From IMG/VR virus record IMGVR_UViG_3300028920_000023: a stretch of 64,000 bases of DNA; one strand, written 5' to 3'. Position numbers and translations under genes: made by a program. Under the pieces are notes generated by a model, which worked only from the letters and a program-made list of their open reading frames with translations, did not search any database and was not told the origin of the DNA. This document shows, piece by piece, positions 19,415 to 29,516 of this stretch. The stretch's first letter is position 1, and each line of letters starts with the position of its first letter. This DNA is from a virus. Taxonomy: Duplodnaviria; Caudoviricetes.

Positions 19415-20131
19415 TTATTTTTGCAAAAAGTCAGATAGACCAGCTTCCTTAATTCTATTACATATTATGTTGTTTGATTTAGCGTCAAAATGATTCGTCC
19501 AATCTCCCACAATGCCCTTTCTAGGCGATACAGATTTATTCCCCAATGTAGGAACGACACATCCGGTTAAATCTCTACCTAATACTACGGATACCTTACG
19601 CATTGCAGAAGAAAAATTTGTCTTCATTTCTTCATAAGTTATAATAGTAGCTTTATCAAGCCATCCTCTGACATGAGTTATCCAGCGACTCACAAAATCC
19701 TCTGATTTAACCAAACTATATGCACCATCAAATGGGTACCGATATGGTTTAGTATTGAAGGCCAAATCACACACGTTCTTAACTCGTGGGAACGCCGTTA
19801 CATTGGATCTATTGAAGTAATAATAGCAACTGACCAAAACGTCCCTAGGATCCCTTACTATATAGAAGATATGGTAAGATTCATTTAATTTATGAATATC
19901 AAAGAAACCATCTTGGTGGTGTGATTTGTAAATTCTGTTATCTAGACCCTTTTGTAATTCGCAGAAATTTATTATTTTAGATCGATATTCTTCTTGATTT
20001 GAACGAGATGGGTTAATCGCGTCCCTTGCAAAGACATCAATTTGGTTATTATTAAAACCGAAGTTTGCAGATATACTGTTTATCAGGAAATGTGTGCCGG
20101 ATCTCTCATGAGATACCACTAATATTTTCAT
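19415..20131 (-). CDS. PAPS-dependent sulfotransferase
   Basis: SHERSGTHFL (5'-PSB loop), YIVRDPRDVLVS (3'-PB), RKGIVGDWTNHF. Confidence 0.9.
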   Translation of the reverse strand: MKILVVSHERSGTHFLINSISANFGFNNNQIDVFARDAINPSRSNQEEYRSKIINFCELQKGLDNRIYKSHHQDGFFDIHKLNESYHIFYIVRDPRDVLVSCYYYFNRSNVTAFPRVKNVCDLAFNTKPYRYPFDGAYSLVKSEDFVSRWITHVRGWLDKATIITYEEMKTNFSSAMRKVSVVLGRDLTGCVVPTLGNKSVSPRKGIVGDWTNHFDAKSNNIICNRIKEAGLSDFLQK

Positions 20132-20134
20132 TAC

Positions 20135-21232
20135 TTATCCTATGTATTCCAAAACTGCGTTTACTACCTGGGATATTTCATCATCATCAAGCGATGGGTA
20201 CGATGGAAGTATTACACATTGCTGATTCAGAAGTCTCGCGTTTCCCTCGGAATCTTCATTCGCGTATTCAGCCAAACCATTATGTTTGGACATAGGATAA
20301 AACATCGGCCTAATATCGATATTGCGCTTATTAAAGAATTTTTCTGCGGCTTTATAGGAAGGATTACATAATATTCTTACCCCGAACATCCAATAGGAAT
20401 GATTACAAGCATCATCTACAAATTGAATTTGTAGTTTTTCTTTATTTTTAAAACATTGTTGATAATGTCTATAGATCCTTTCTTTGCGAGCCATTATATC
20501 TTTATATCTGCGTAATTGCCCATATAATATAGCTGCTTGCATATTCGTCATTCTATAATTATAACCAATATAATTATGAACAAAGCGAGTTTCAGATTGT
20601 CCTTGTCCATGCAACATAACAAGATGCTTGTACAATTCCTCGTTGCCAGTTATTACGGCTCCGCCTTCACCACAGGTAATACTCTTATTACCGTAGAAAG
20701 ATAACGAAGATGCTAGGCACTCTGTTCCAGTTAATTTCCCTTCGTAACGTCCAAATATTCCTTCACAATTATCTTCTATAACAATAAAATCTTGTAATTC
20801 TTTCCTTAATCGCGGAACATTAACAGGATTGCCAAGATTATGGACTGTCAATATAGCAGTGTCGTTAGGATCATATTTTAGTGCCGTATCGATTAATCTG
20901 TCTACGTCTATATTCCATGTTCTTAAGTCAGCCTGTACCGGAACTAATTCAAATTTTGGACCATATATCATTGAATTCCATGCCGCAACATATACGTTAT
21001 CTGGAACTAGAATTCTGGTTATATTGGGATTTTCATGCTTTATAGCGTGTGCAAGTAGATGCGTGGCAGATGTGCCATTACTTGTCAATAATACAAATTT
21101 ACCAAATATTTCGGATAATAATGCTGATACTCTTTTATTGTATTCTCCGGAAGACACCCAGGTAGATCCTAATGCCTCGGATACGAGCTCTATGTCCTCC
21201 GGAAGTATTTCTGGTTTATAAACCGGTATCAT
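20135..21232 (-). CDS. DegT/DnrJ/EryC1/StrS PLP aminotransferase (perosamine synthase-like)
   Basis: SNGTSATHL, IEDNCE, SFYGNKSITCGEGG, GYNYRMTNMQAA. Confidence 0.92.
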   Translation of the reverse strand: MIPVYKPEILPEDIELVSEALGSTWVSSGEYNKRVSALLSEIFGKFVLLTSNGTSATHLLAHAIKHENPNITRILVPDNVYVAAWNSMIYGPKFELVPVQADLRTWNIDVDRLIDTALKYDPNDTAILTVHNLGNPVNVPRLRKELQDFIVIEDNCEGIFGRYEGKLTGTECLASSLSFYGNKSITCGEGGAVITGNEELYKHLVMLHGQGQSETRFVHNYIGYNYRMTNMQAAILYGQLRRYKDIMARKERIYRHYQQCFKNKEKLQIQFVDDACNHSYWMFGVRILCNPSYKAAEKFFNKRNIDIRPMFYPMSKHNGLAEYANEDSEGNARLLNQQCVILPSYPSLDDDEISQVVNAVLEYIG

Positions 21233-21537
21233 CAGTATGTCTTATGCTTTCTCTGGATGTGTTTGCCGGAGTCTAGATCTGCGCCATTAAGCGCATCTCG
21301 TATTATTTCGACAATTTTTTCATCAATCTCATCTATAAGCTGGCTGCGCTGCACATTGAGGTCACAACATTTCTTCAAAACTTCGTATAATTTCTCCAGA
21401 TTCTCCTCATTTTCATAACGAGATTTGAATTCATCAAAATCCATCCTCCGTATTTTGTACAATAATTCCTGATTACACCACATTTTCGAATCTGCAGTGA
21501 ATAATTTGTCAACTAAACCGCCTAATGTGTCAGCCAT
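21232..21537 (-). CDS. DUF4254-like small protein
   Basis: TLGGLVDKL...LNVQRSQLIDEID. Confidence 0.65.
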   Translation of the reverse strand: MADTLGGLVDKLFTADSKMWCNQELLYKIRRMDFDEFKSRYENEENLEKLYEVLKKCCDLNVQRSQLIDEIDEKIVEIIRDALNGADLDSGKHIQRKHKTY

Positions 21538-21556
21538 CGTTATCCCCTGGATTTAG

Positions 21557-21997
21557 ATGCAAATATTCTTGACGTATATATTTACTATGATAATTAGAAA
21601 AGCATATAACCCGAATGATATTTCACAATTTATATCAAATGCTGGGGCATCATTAAAAACATTCAGATATTTCAAAACAAGGCCTGTAAATATCATAGAG
21701 AAGCATCTAATAACTCTTGTGGGAGTAAAATCTGGAAAGATAATAGCATATGGGCATCTAGATCAGGAAAACGGGAATATTTGGTTAGGCATTTGTGTGG
21801 CTGAGTCATATTCTGGTTTAGGTTTTGGATCACAAATAATGCAAGAATTGTTAAAAATAGCTTATAATTTATCAATTAAAACAATTAAATTGAGTGTCGA
21901 TTCCGATAATAAGGCAGCTATAAAATTTTACAAGAAATTCGGATTCACAATCATACAGAAAAATCTTAAAAACTATCTTATGATATTTTCATCCTAG
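21557..21997 (+). CDS. GNAT acetyltransferase
   Basis: YGHLD..WLGICV..SGLGFGS..LSVDSDNKAAIKFYKKFGF; likely start about 21587. Confidence 0.85.
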   Translation: MQIFLTYIFTMIIRKAYNPNDISQFISNAGASLKTFRYFKTRPVNIIEKHLITLVGVKSGKIIAYGHLDQENGNIWLGICVAESYSGLGFGSQIMQELLKIAYNLSIKTIKLSVDSDNKAAIKFYKKFGFTIIQKNLKNYLMIFSS

Positions 21998-22665
21998 CCT
22001 CCGGCTGTTTTGAAGACAGCATATCCGTTGCGATACGACCTATCTTCCTCAATCATAACATACGATTCATCCATAGATAATTTTTTATATGAAGATAAAT
22101 TCTTAATGTCCATAACATCATCGAGTATAATAATTTTTGTCCCCCATAACTCTATTAACTCGGCATAACCGGAAAAAGCGGATCCGTCTATTAAAGCCAT
22201 TTCAGGCACATCACACCCCAGGATCTCTTTTGCTATTTTTATACCATTATGTGGGATATCAGCAGCCTCTTGTATGTCTTCTGTACGCCATGACTTAATC
22301 ATTTCTAGCGAATATTGACGTATATTCAGGTTGGGATTTTGATGCCAAAATTCATCTATTTGTTGTTCTGTCATCAGTGAGGTCGACGGAACAGAGGATG
22401 CTCTTATTTGGCGCACAAACCCATATTTCGACGTGTTTGCAACCAAGGCATTGTAACGTGGCAACACAGACTCGATACAACATAAGGTTGAATTTGCACC
22501 GCTTTCGCGTATACCCCTTATGAAAGCCTGAGTGCTGCCCAGGCCAGTCGCTGATCCTATTTCTATTATACTTCTTGGTTTTTCGGTCTTAATCAAGTCT
22601 ATTATTTTATAGAATAATTTATCATCTAGGATCTCTGGTCGGAAATCTACTGTCTTCATCCCCAT
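21994..22665 (-). CDS. putative SAM-dependent methyltransferase
   Basis: IIEIGSATGLGST, ALIDGSAF, IILDD. Confidence 0.65.
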   Translation of the reverse strand: MGMKTVDFRPEILDDKLFYKIIDLIKTEKPRSIIEIGSATGLGSTQAFIRGIRESGANSTLCCIESVLPRYNALVANTSKYGFVRQIRASSVPSTSLMTEQQIDEFWHQNPNLNIRQYSLEMIKSWRTEDIQEAADIPHNGIKIAKEILGCDVPEMALIDGSAFSGYAELIELWGTKIIILDDVMDIKNLSSYKKLSMDESYVMIEEDRSYRNGYAVFKTAGG

Positions 22666-23375
22666 CTCCTTGTAGCTTCTTTTGCCACTGCCTTGATATC
22701 TTCGGTTATATAACTTATCCTATCATAATCATAGGACCAAAGGCGGTTCATTGGCGATTGTTCCCAACTCTTGGTCATGGATACTATTACCTCTCCACCA
22801 GCAGCCAACATAAGAAAGAAATCGCCAGTACTGACACCAACATATTTCCCGATTGCAGCGTAATAACATACAAGATCGTCAAATGATTTGTCATGTAATT
22901 CTACTACGTTATTTAATTTCATAATATTGTCACTCATGCCAAATTGCAAGACCGTGAAATTCTCAGACAAAAGATTAACAAGATTCTGTGTGTCCTCAAC
23001 TGACATTCGGCGCAAATGTGCCCAACGCTTTGAACAATTTGATATAAACACAATTGGGTTATCATAATCCTTTATTAATTCTTGCCCCCTAGATATCTCT
23101 TCTTCCTTGATTTTCATATAAGGGTAATAATCGTTATCTGGTAAACCTAAAGTTCTTAGTTTTTGTTTAGACCAATGATCTCCCCTACCATCTCCTTTTG
23201 TTTCTATGGGATTCTCTACCAGTCTAATTTCTTTGCATATACCCTCGAAAATTCTACTAAATCTCTTTGAATTATGATGCAAATTAACGATACAATCAGG
23301 AACAGCTTTACATATTGGGGTAATTGTGAAAAGATCTCCAAAGCCCGGAGAATCACCAGGAAGGCCAATTATCAT
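22656..23375 (-). CDS. GT9-like glycosyltransferase
   Basis: GFGDLFTITPI; YVGVSTGDFFLMLA resembles the GT9 C-terminal motif. Confidence 0.6.
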   Translation of the reverse strand: MIIGLPGDSPGFGDLFTITPICKAVPDCIVNLHHNSKRFSRIFEGICKEIRLVENPIETKGDGRGDHWSKQKLRTLGLPDNDYYPYMKIKEEEISRGQELIKDYDNPIVFISNCSKRWAHLRRMSVEDTQNLVNLLSENFTVLQFGMSDNIMKLNNVVELHDKSFDDLVCYYAAIGKYVGVSTGDFFLMLAAGGEVIVSMTKSWEQSPMNRLWSYDYDRISYITEDIKAVAKEATRRWG

Positions 23376-24574
23376 TTTCTGTCCAATCTATACATATTCC
23401 GTGGCCTAATAGTATCCGTAGCTAGACCCAAATGTTCAGCAACAACAAAATTAGTTAGATGTTTATTACAAATATGATCAAGCATTTCCTGAACAGACCC
23501 AAAATCCCACTCCTGGCCAGGCAAGGGTTTACTTCCCCAAGATTGTTCTTTGTGATGTTCCTCCAATAATATAGAGGACCTTACCTTGTTATTTAAAAAA
23601 GCATAAATCTTATTCTTAGGGTTAATATGATGTATAACAGAAAAACACAACGCAATATCACATTGATCAATGATTTCCTCTTCGCCAAGATTACGATGAA
23701 TAATCGAGATTTGGTCTAATTCTTCTAACTCGATAATTCGCCTAGCTGCCTCCGCAGTTTTCCCACATACCTCAAACCCTACCACCTTTTGAGCCCCGAG
23801 TTCAGCAGCTAAATGAGACATCCTACCCAAATTGCAACCAATATCGAAAACCACTTTATCCTTAAAAAATCCAGGTAATTTTTCACGAATAATATTAGGC
23901 CTTTGATCTGCTCTGTGTCCACGAACAGTGAAATTCTTGCCAGTCCAAGCGTAATAAGGCTTATCGGAACCAGTAGATACAAAGCCCTTCATCCAAGGTT
24001 CATCAGTAATATCTCTCTTCATCGTTTTCCCCTTAAAACAATTAATCTTCTTAACTAAATATTTGTAATTAGATGGATCCCACCTCTTGGAATTATTATT
24101 CCCGCACATATCCGGAGAAGACTCAAACGGTACATTGTGAACCAACTTATATGATCTATTAAAATCGATCATATATACCTCGTTTCCACATACCACAAAA
24201 CTATCCAATTTTATATCACCATGTACAAATCCCCTATCAAATACGGCCCTTATTTGACCAAGAACCACATCCTCAAGACCATCAAAATAAGTATCCTCAG
24301 ATATAGGACCACCAGACTTGAAATCCATAATGATCAATTCAACATCACCGAATTTCTTATAAGAATGCACCTTCGGTATAAACGGTAAATCTAAGGAAAT
24401 AATAATATCGTATTCTTCTTTCAAAGATTTAATATTATTATTCGGAAAAGAAAATTTGAAAAAGAGATCTCCAGACCTATAATATTGCGCTACATGCGTC
24501 AGGGGGCGAATAGGCAATCTATAGTAATCATCATACCCCAAAGACCTCAATATCTTCTCAAAACTGTGTTCCAC
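23372..24574 (-). CDS. kinase-like domain fused to class I methyltransferase
   Basis: HGDIKLDSF/IDFN kinase motifs at the N-terminus; VFDIGCNLG and DIALCFSVIHH at the C-terminus. Confidence 0.8.
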   Translation of the reverse strand: MEHSFEKILRSLGYDDYYRLPIRPLTHVAQYYRSGDLFFKFSFPNNNIKSLKEEYDIIISLDLPFIPKVHSYKKFGDVELIIMDFKSGGPISEDTYFDGLEDVVLGQIRAVFDRGFVHGDIKLDSFVVCGNEVYMIDFNRSYKLVHNVPFESSPDMCGNNNSKRWDPSNYKYLVKKINCFKGKTMKRDITDEPWMKGFVSTGSDKPYYAWTGKNFTVRGHRADQRPNIIREKLPGFFKDKVVFDIGCNLGRMSHLAAELGAQKVVGFEVCGKTAEAARRIIELEELDQISIIHRNLGEEEIIDQCDIALCFSVIHHINPKNKIYAFLNNKVRSSILLEEHHKEQSWGSKPLPGQEWDFGSVQEMLDHICNKHLTNFVVAEHLGLATDTIRPRNMYRLDRK

Positions 24575-24575
24575 T

Positions 24576-25442
24576 TCATCTCACCCTCGTAGCAACCAAA
24601 TAACTACCCTCTTTAAACGTCAAAACATCACTACCAACAAACCCCTTACACCACCGCAAAGCAACCACACCAGACAAACCAGTCACAACACGCAAACAAA
24701 TCCTCAACAAACCCTCAACCGAACTAGAAACAGAAACCGACATCTCAGAACACAAATCAAACTGAGACTGAACACACAAAGACCCCTCACAATACACATA
24801 CGAACCCAACCCAACAGAACCCTCCGGCGCACAAACCTCAAACTTCAAACCAGTGCCAGAAGAAGCATCATCAAAAACAACAAACTCCAAAACCCACTCA
24901 CTATCATTACCAACATCAATAAACAAATCAGCATCATCAACCAAATCAACATCATCAACAACCTGATCCGAACCCTTAGTCACCACAACAGAACCACCAG
25001 AACAAACACCAGCAGGCCCAGTAGCACCAACAGGACCAATCGGACCAGTAACACCAGAAGACAAACCCTCAAAAACAGGAGGACCCTCAGCACCCAACTC
25101 CTCAACCTCAATATTAATAACATCCCTCAACTTCGAATCAAAATCCTCCAAACCAGACCTATCAAAATCATAGCGAATAAAAACCGTATCACTGGCCCTG
25201 ATCGTAAAACGATACAAATCCTCCTCAATAAAAACAAAATTATACTCCTCATTATCAATAAAAACAGACTCATCCAACTCAATATAACTGGAAACAGGAT
25301 CAACCAAACGACCAGTCAAATCCAACAACTGTCTAGCCTGAGACTCACCAATAATCTTCTCAGTACTAGCAATAGAATCATCACTAAGCCTAATAATAAG
25401 CCTAACATTCCCATCAATACGATCAACAGTAATATTCGACAT
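24576..25442 (-). CDS. putative virion fibre protein with a short collagen-like segment
   Basis: GVTGPIGPVGATGPAG; beta-rich C-terminal domain. Confidence 0.6.
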   Translation of the reverse strand: MSNITVDRIDGNVRLIIRLSDDSIASTEKIIGESQARQLLDLTGRLVDPVSSYIELDESVFIDNEEYNFVFIEEDLYRFTIRASDTVFIRYDFDRSGLEDFDSKLRDVINIEVEELGAEGPPVFEGLSSGVTGPIGPVGATGPAGVCSGGSVVVTKGSDQVVDDVDLVDDADLFIDVGNDSEWVLEFVVFDDASSGTGLKFEVCAPEGSVGLGSYVYCEGSLCVQSQFDLCSEMSVSVSSSVEGLLRICLRVVTGLSGVVALRWCKGFVGSDVLTFKEGSYLVATRVR

Positions 25443-25459
25443 CGAAAATCCCCTGTATA

Positions 25460-25467
25460 TATTTATA
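25460..25467 (-). promoter_or_regulatory. candidate T4-type late promoter TATAAATA
   Basis: Exact 8-mer 18 nt upstream of the fibre-like gene; window encodes a gp55-like sigma; region is AT-rich, so chance is possible. Confidence 0.35.
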
Positions 25468-25478
25468 AGGAGACCAAA

Positions 25479-25892
25479 ATGTTAGAACCATATAGACATA
25501 GAGGCATCAAAAACCACGAATGGGGCCAAATCAAAACCGTCATAGACGGACCCCACTACTCCCTGAGAATCCTAACAGTATATCCAAACAACCTAACATC
25601 CCCACTAATCTTCCACCACAAAACCCAAAGAACAATACACACAACATCGGGATTCCTAAACATCCAAATCTACACCTGCATCCAAGACAAATTATCTACA
25701 GAAGAAAAAGACTGGGGCAAAATATTCGACTACATATTATCAGAAGGAATGAGCATAACCATCAACCCATACCAAGCATACAAATTCTGGGCATGGGAAA
25801 CAACAGCAACAGCCATCGAAGCCTCATGCCCAGAACAAAACGACATACAAATAATAGCAAATCAAGGTTATGCACCAGAATTAAGCAAATAA
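25479..25892 (+). CDS. cupin-like protein
   Basis: HEWG, FHHKT and cupin-like spacing; AAGGAG RBS. Confidence 0.55.
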   Translation: MLEPYRHRGIKNHEWGQIKTVIDGPHYSLRILTVYPNNLTSPLIFHHKTQRTIHTTSGFLNIQIYTCIQDKLSTEEKDWGKIFDYILSEGMSITINPYQAYKFWAWETTATAIEASCPEQNDIQIIANQGYAPELSK

Positions 25893-26099
25893 AGCATCCT
25901 CAAACGAAGAGAATTCTTTAACATCCAAATATTCCCCACGAACAAAATGACCCTTCTTCCACAAAGACGTAATATCCTTCCAAATGTGCACCTCCTGGCC
26001 ACAATGTCTAGACTGCACAATGTCCCTGTACTTATTTGGACTTACCTCCTCAAATAAATTCTCTTTAGCCAAACTACGCTCGCGCATAACGTCAGTCAT
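25881..26099 (-). CDS. hypothetical protein
   Basis: 72 aa; GGGGAG RBS. Confidence 0.5.
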   Translation of the reverse strand: MTDVMRERSLAKENLFEEVSPNKYRDIVQSRHCGQEVHIWKDITSLWKKGHFVRGEYLDVKEFSSFEDALFA

Positions 26100-26113
26100 G
26101 TCAAGATCTCCCC

Positions 26114-26692
26114 CTACATGTCCAAAATTCTACGCTCAAAAGGTATCTTCCTAACCTCTGGTTTCTTGAACTTCCTACGTTCCGCCTCCTTTCTAAACCT
26201 CTGGTAAATCTTAAAATCACGTAAAGCACCATCTAAGATCTCTTTTTTATCAAGGAAACCAGGTAACCCCTCAGTAAAACGAACTATGATGTTCTTCAAA
26301 TAATTAATTATGTTAATCACATGAGTGTCAGATAATTTAGATATTTTCCTGGACACCATCTTACCATTACATTTATAAGTCCAAGAATCAGTATCCACAA
26401 TATTAAAAACGCTAGGCAATGGACAACAAAACAATAATTGTTCTGCACATAGAGCAGATAAGAAAACAGCAACATCCGAATCAAAACACCTAATAACATA
26501 ACCATCCGGACGCAAACAAATATTCACCTTGGGTATAGTAACATCATACTTACATAAATTAACACAAAGAACATTACTATTCTCATTATTAAGATCATCA
26601 CTAAAAATGAAATTAAAACAACCAAGCATACTAAATAATATCCCGAAGACGTACAATAGAAAGTAAATACAACAAACACAGGAGAACAACAA
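26114..26692 (-). CDS. hypothetical protein
   Basis: ORF with uncertain start; C-terminal part looks like real phage protein. Confidence 0.45.
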   Translation of the reverse strand: MLFSCVCCIYFLLYVFGILFSMLGCFNFIFSDDLNNENSNVLCVNLCKYDVTIPKVNICLRPDGYVIRCFDSDVAVFLSALCAEQLLFCCPLPSVFNIVDTDSWTYKCNGKMVSRKISKLSDTHVINIINYLKNIIVRFTEGLPGFLDKKEILDGALRDFKIYQRFRKEAERRKFKKPEVRKIPFERRILDM

Positions 26693-27201
26693 TGAGCAAA
26701 GAGCAGGAAACTAAAGAACAAAGTGCAGTAAAAATCAACTACAAACTAGTAAACAAATACAAACTACTATCCGGAATAGCCAGAAGAGCAGGACTAGCCG
26801 CAGAAGAACTGAAAAGAGACCTCAGCGGAAGCCTAAAAGACCTAGTCCAGAAATCCACCAAAGCAGACAGAGAAAGAGAAGACTTCGAAGACAAAATAGC
26901 CATCAAACAAATCGACGACGAAAACTACCAATTAACACAAGAAGAAAAAGAAGAACACAAAAAAGTAAAAAGAAACGAATACGACGCAAGAACAGAATTA
27001 AATAACAAATCAAGAGAAAAAGACAAAGAATTCACAAACAGCAAAGAATATAAAAACCAAATACAATGCGAAAAAGAACTAGAAGAATGGCTATGTAAAG
27101 TCAGCAACCATCTCGGCTGCAGCCAAGACGCCATAGACTGGGAAAAAGGGACATACACCCCAGAAGAAGATCAAGACGACATACCAGAAGACCTGTTATA
27201 A
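26692..27201 (+). CDS. coiled-coil hypothetical protein
   Basis: AGGAGA RBS; E/K-rich heptads. Confidence 0.7.
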   Translation: MSKEQETKEQSAVKINYKLVNKYKLLSGIARRAGLAAEELKRDLSGSLKDLVQKSTKADREREDFEDKIAIKQIDDENYQLTQEEKEEHKKVKRNEYDARTELNNKSREKDKEFTNSKEYKNQIQCEKELEEWLCKVSNHLGCSQDAIDWEKGTYTPEEDQDDIPEDLL

Positions 27202-27538
27202 CACAGGAATATCCGGCCTTAAACAACCACTCAAAAGAACCAAAACAAAACACAACAAAAGCCTTAACAAAATCTTCATAGGAATCCTCCAATAACAATA
27301 ATTTTGACTACACATACTTCTCAGGATTGAGCTTAAAAAGCCGCATAAGCTCAATCCTAGCTTCATCGTTAGACTGCATATTAATCAAGTCAGCAATATC
27401 ATCCCAAGACCTGACCTCTAAACCACTTCCCGATGTGCAATTGCAGCTAGGGTCAAAAAAACGGAACACCATTAGAAATAATATACCCAATCATATGACC
27501 ACAAACCACAAGAACGAAGAGAAAAACGTCTCTCACCA

Positions 27539-27799
27539 CTACTGGTTATCGCCTCCTGCACTTCCTCTATCGTGGCATCCCTCATTCTTCTTATACTCCC
27601 TAATAACGGCCTCTTCGAAGTCCCTAAAGACTTCTACCAGTCTCATAAACTGAGCAAATTTGCAACCGTAATCATCAAAAGGCGTCAACTTCAAAAAATT
27701 ATCATTAATCTCTATATTCTTACGACCACCAACCGGCCTAAGATCAACCTCTATACAAGCAGTAGACTGTCTAACTACCTTATCAGCCAACATGATCAC
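27539..27799 (-). CDS. hypothetical protein
   Basis: First of a chain of overlapping small ORFs. Confidence 0.45.
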   Translation of the reverse strand: MIMLADKVVRQSTACIEVDLRPVGGRKNIEINDNFLKLTPFDDYGCKFAQFMRLVEVFRDFEEAVIREYKKNEGCHDRGSAGGDNQ

Positions 27800-28077
27800 C
27801 CCCCATCGAGACGTAGAACCTGCCCCTCATCAAAACACTCCATATCAGAAACGAATTTAATTACAACACCGCCAACTCTATACATCATGGAAGTAATCTT
27901 ACTAACATACAAACCCTGATCACGCAACAAACGCAAGACACAAGGAATATGTGACATAGAAACGGAACAAAGAATTAAAGAAGTCTCAGAAGCCTTAATC
28001 GCATCAACCAAAGGACCGATATCAACCCTCCTGTAAACATCTATCAAATTTAACCCTCCCGAATTAATATCCATCAT
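27796..28077 (-). CDS. hypothetical protein
   Basis: ATGA overlap with next gene. Confidence 0.5.
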   Translation of the reverse strand: MMDINSGGLNLIDVYRRVDIGPLVDAIKASETSLILCSVSMSHIPCVLRLLRDQGLYVSKITSMMYRVGGVVIKFVSDMECFDEGQVLRLDGG

Positions 28078-28273
28078 TTACCCCAATCGAAACATCGACC
28101 CTACGGCACCCAACAACAGAACCCATAGGGACCTCTAAAAACAAATAACAATCATCACTATTACCAACGTAAGTATATCTTTTACCATCTCTAATTATGA
28201 AATGCACATCTTCCTGATCAATCCACAGTTCATGATTGCTAGAGTGAAGCTCGTTTTTCTGTATCCTTATCAT
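28064..28273 (-). CDS. hypothetical protein
   Basis: Overlapping operon-like ORF. Confidence 0.45.
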   Translation of the reverse strand: MIRIQKNELHSSNHELWIDQEDVHFIIRDGKRYTYVGNSDDCYLFLEVPMGSVVGCRRVDVSIGVNDGY

Positions 28274-28964
28274 TTCTTCTCTCCATATCTACGTCAGTCA
28301 ACACATTGTGCAAATCCACCGTATCTTTATGTTCAGCATTGGTAATCAAATACAAAATCCTAGAAATAATATTATCCTCAATACCACTACGTGCAGTATA
28401 TTCATCAAGCAAATCTCTAGCCTTAGAAACAGAATCAACCTCACCAACAAAATCAGACAACATAATCTGAAACTCAAAATGCAAATCTTCAGGTAATAAA
28501 TCAATCAATTTAGGATCAACAAAAGACATGCTAGCATCATCACTCATCTTCGCCCTATAATAAGGATCATCATCCTTGATATCGCCATATAAACCCAAAT
28601 TCTCCCTAGGATAATACTTCATCAATGCACCTGTGCTCATCTCCCTCTTGCCACCTATCGAAATCGAAATCGAATTACCCAACTGGGGCCTATGGGAGGA
28701 CTCATCACTAGCAATAAAACATCTCAGCAGATATAGGATCTTTGCGTTCTCTGTTGCCTTCCTTTTTATTTCCTCGACATAAGCTACCTTATCAGGTATT
28801 TCCTTAACGAAATCAACGAGGAGCTCGTCTGCCCTCTTCTCTAGGTCCTCCAGAGGACCGAGCTGACCCACAATATCCAGCTTGTCCTCCAAAGACAACC
28901 CACCAGAAGATACGAGGCGCACAGCCTCATGCAATTCGTATAATTCCTCGGGATATAATCTCAT
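28239..28964 (-). CDS. hypothetical protein
   Basis: 241 aa; ATGA overlap. Confidence 0.65.
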   Translation of the reverse strand: MRLYPEELYELHEAVRLVSSGGLSLEDKLDIVGQLGPLEDLEKRADELLVDFVKEIPDKVAYVEEIKRKATENAKILYLLRCFIASDESSHRPQLGNSISISIGGKREMSTGALMKYYPRENLGLYGDIKDDDPYYRAKMSDDASMSFVDPKLIDLLPEDLHFEFQIMLSDFVGEVDSVSKARDLLDEYTARSGIEDNIISRILYLITNAEHKDTVDLHNVLTDVDMERRNDKDTEKRASL

Positions 28965-29380
28965 TTTATAACATCCAAAACTTTTTCTACTTCAAGACCC
29001 CTAATCGTGCCCATAATCTCCTTAGTCTTATGCACAATATGCGGCAGTATCTCATTTTGACTTAATACGATATCACTATTCCAAACCTCATGCCCCATAA
29101 ATTCAACATGAGTGCGAATACCAGTAGAAACAAGTTTAAAATGTTCAGAATTAAGATTGATATTTAATAATCGAATTGTGCTGGCCAGAGACTCGCTAAT
29201 AGGATCCTGTAAAGCAGCTCGTAAAAAATGTTTTAAAGCACGACAGACTGCTTTTCCTTCATTTTCATCCTGTGGAACCTTTACACCACGAATAAAAAAT
29301 TCGCCATTATTAGTTATTTTAAGTATTTCTCCTTCTTCATCTGATTTGAAAACGAAACTATCTTCGCTATTTTCTGACAT
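28961..29380 (-). CDS. hypothetical protein
   Basis: AAGGGG RBS; 139 aa. Confidence 0.6.
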   Translation of the reverse strand: MSENSEDSFVFKSDEEGEILKITNNGEFFIRGVKVPQDENEGKAVCRALKHFLRAALQDPISESLASTIRLLNINLNSEHFKLVSTGIRTHVEFMGHEVWNSDIVLSQNEILPHIVHKTKEIMGTIRGLEVEKVLDVIK

Positions 29381-29401
29381 GTTGCCCCCTTGCTTTGTAG
29401 T

Positions 29402-29477
29402 TGGTGGTCCCGGCAGGATTCGAACCTGCGACCAGCTGATTATGAGTCAGCGGCTCTCACCTCTGAGCTACGGGACC
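29402..29477 (-). tRNA. tRNA with CAU anticodon, probably tRNA-Ile2 (lysidine type)
   Basis: 76 nt; GGTCCCG/CGGGACC acceptor, CT-CAT-AA loop, TTCGAAT, encoded CCA; C4:G69 and C5:G68 as in TilS substrates. Confidence 0.9.
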
Positions 29478-29516
29478 TATTCGTAACCCTTTTATCTGTT
29501 CTAAATTTAGGATAAA

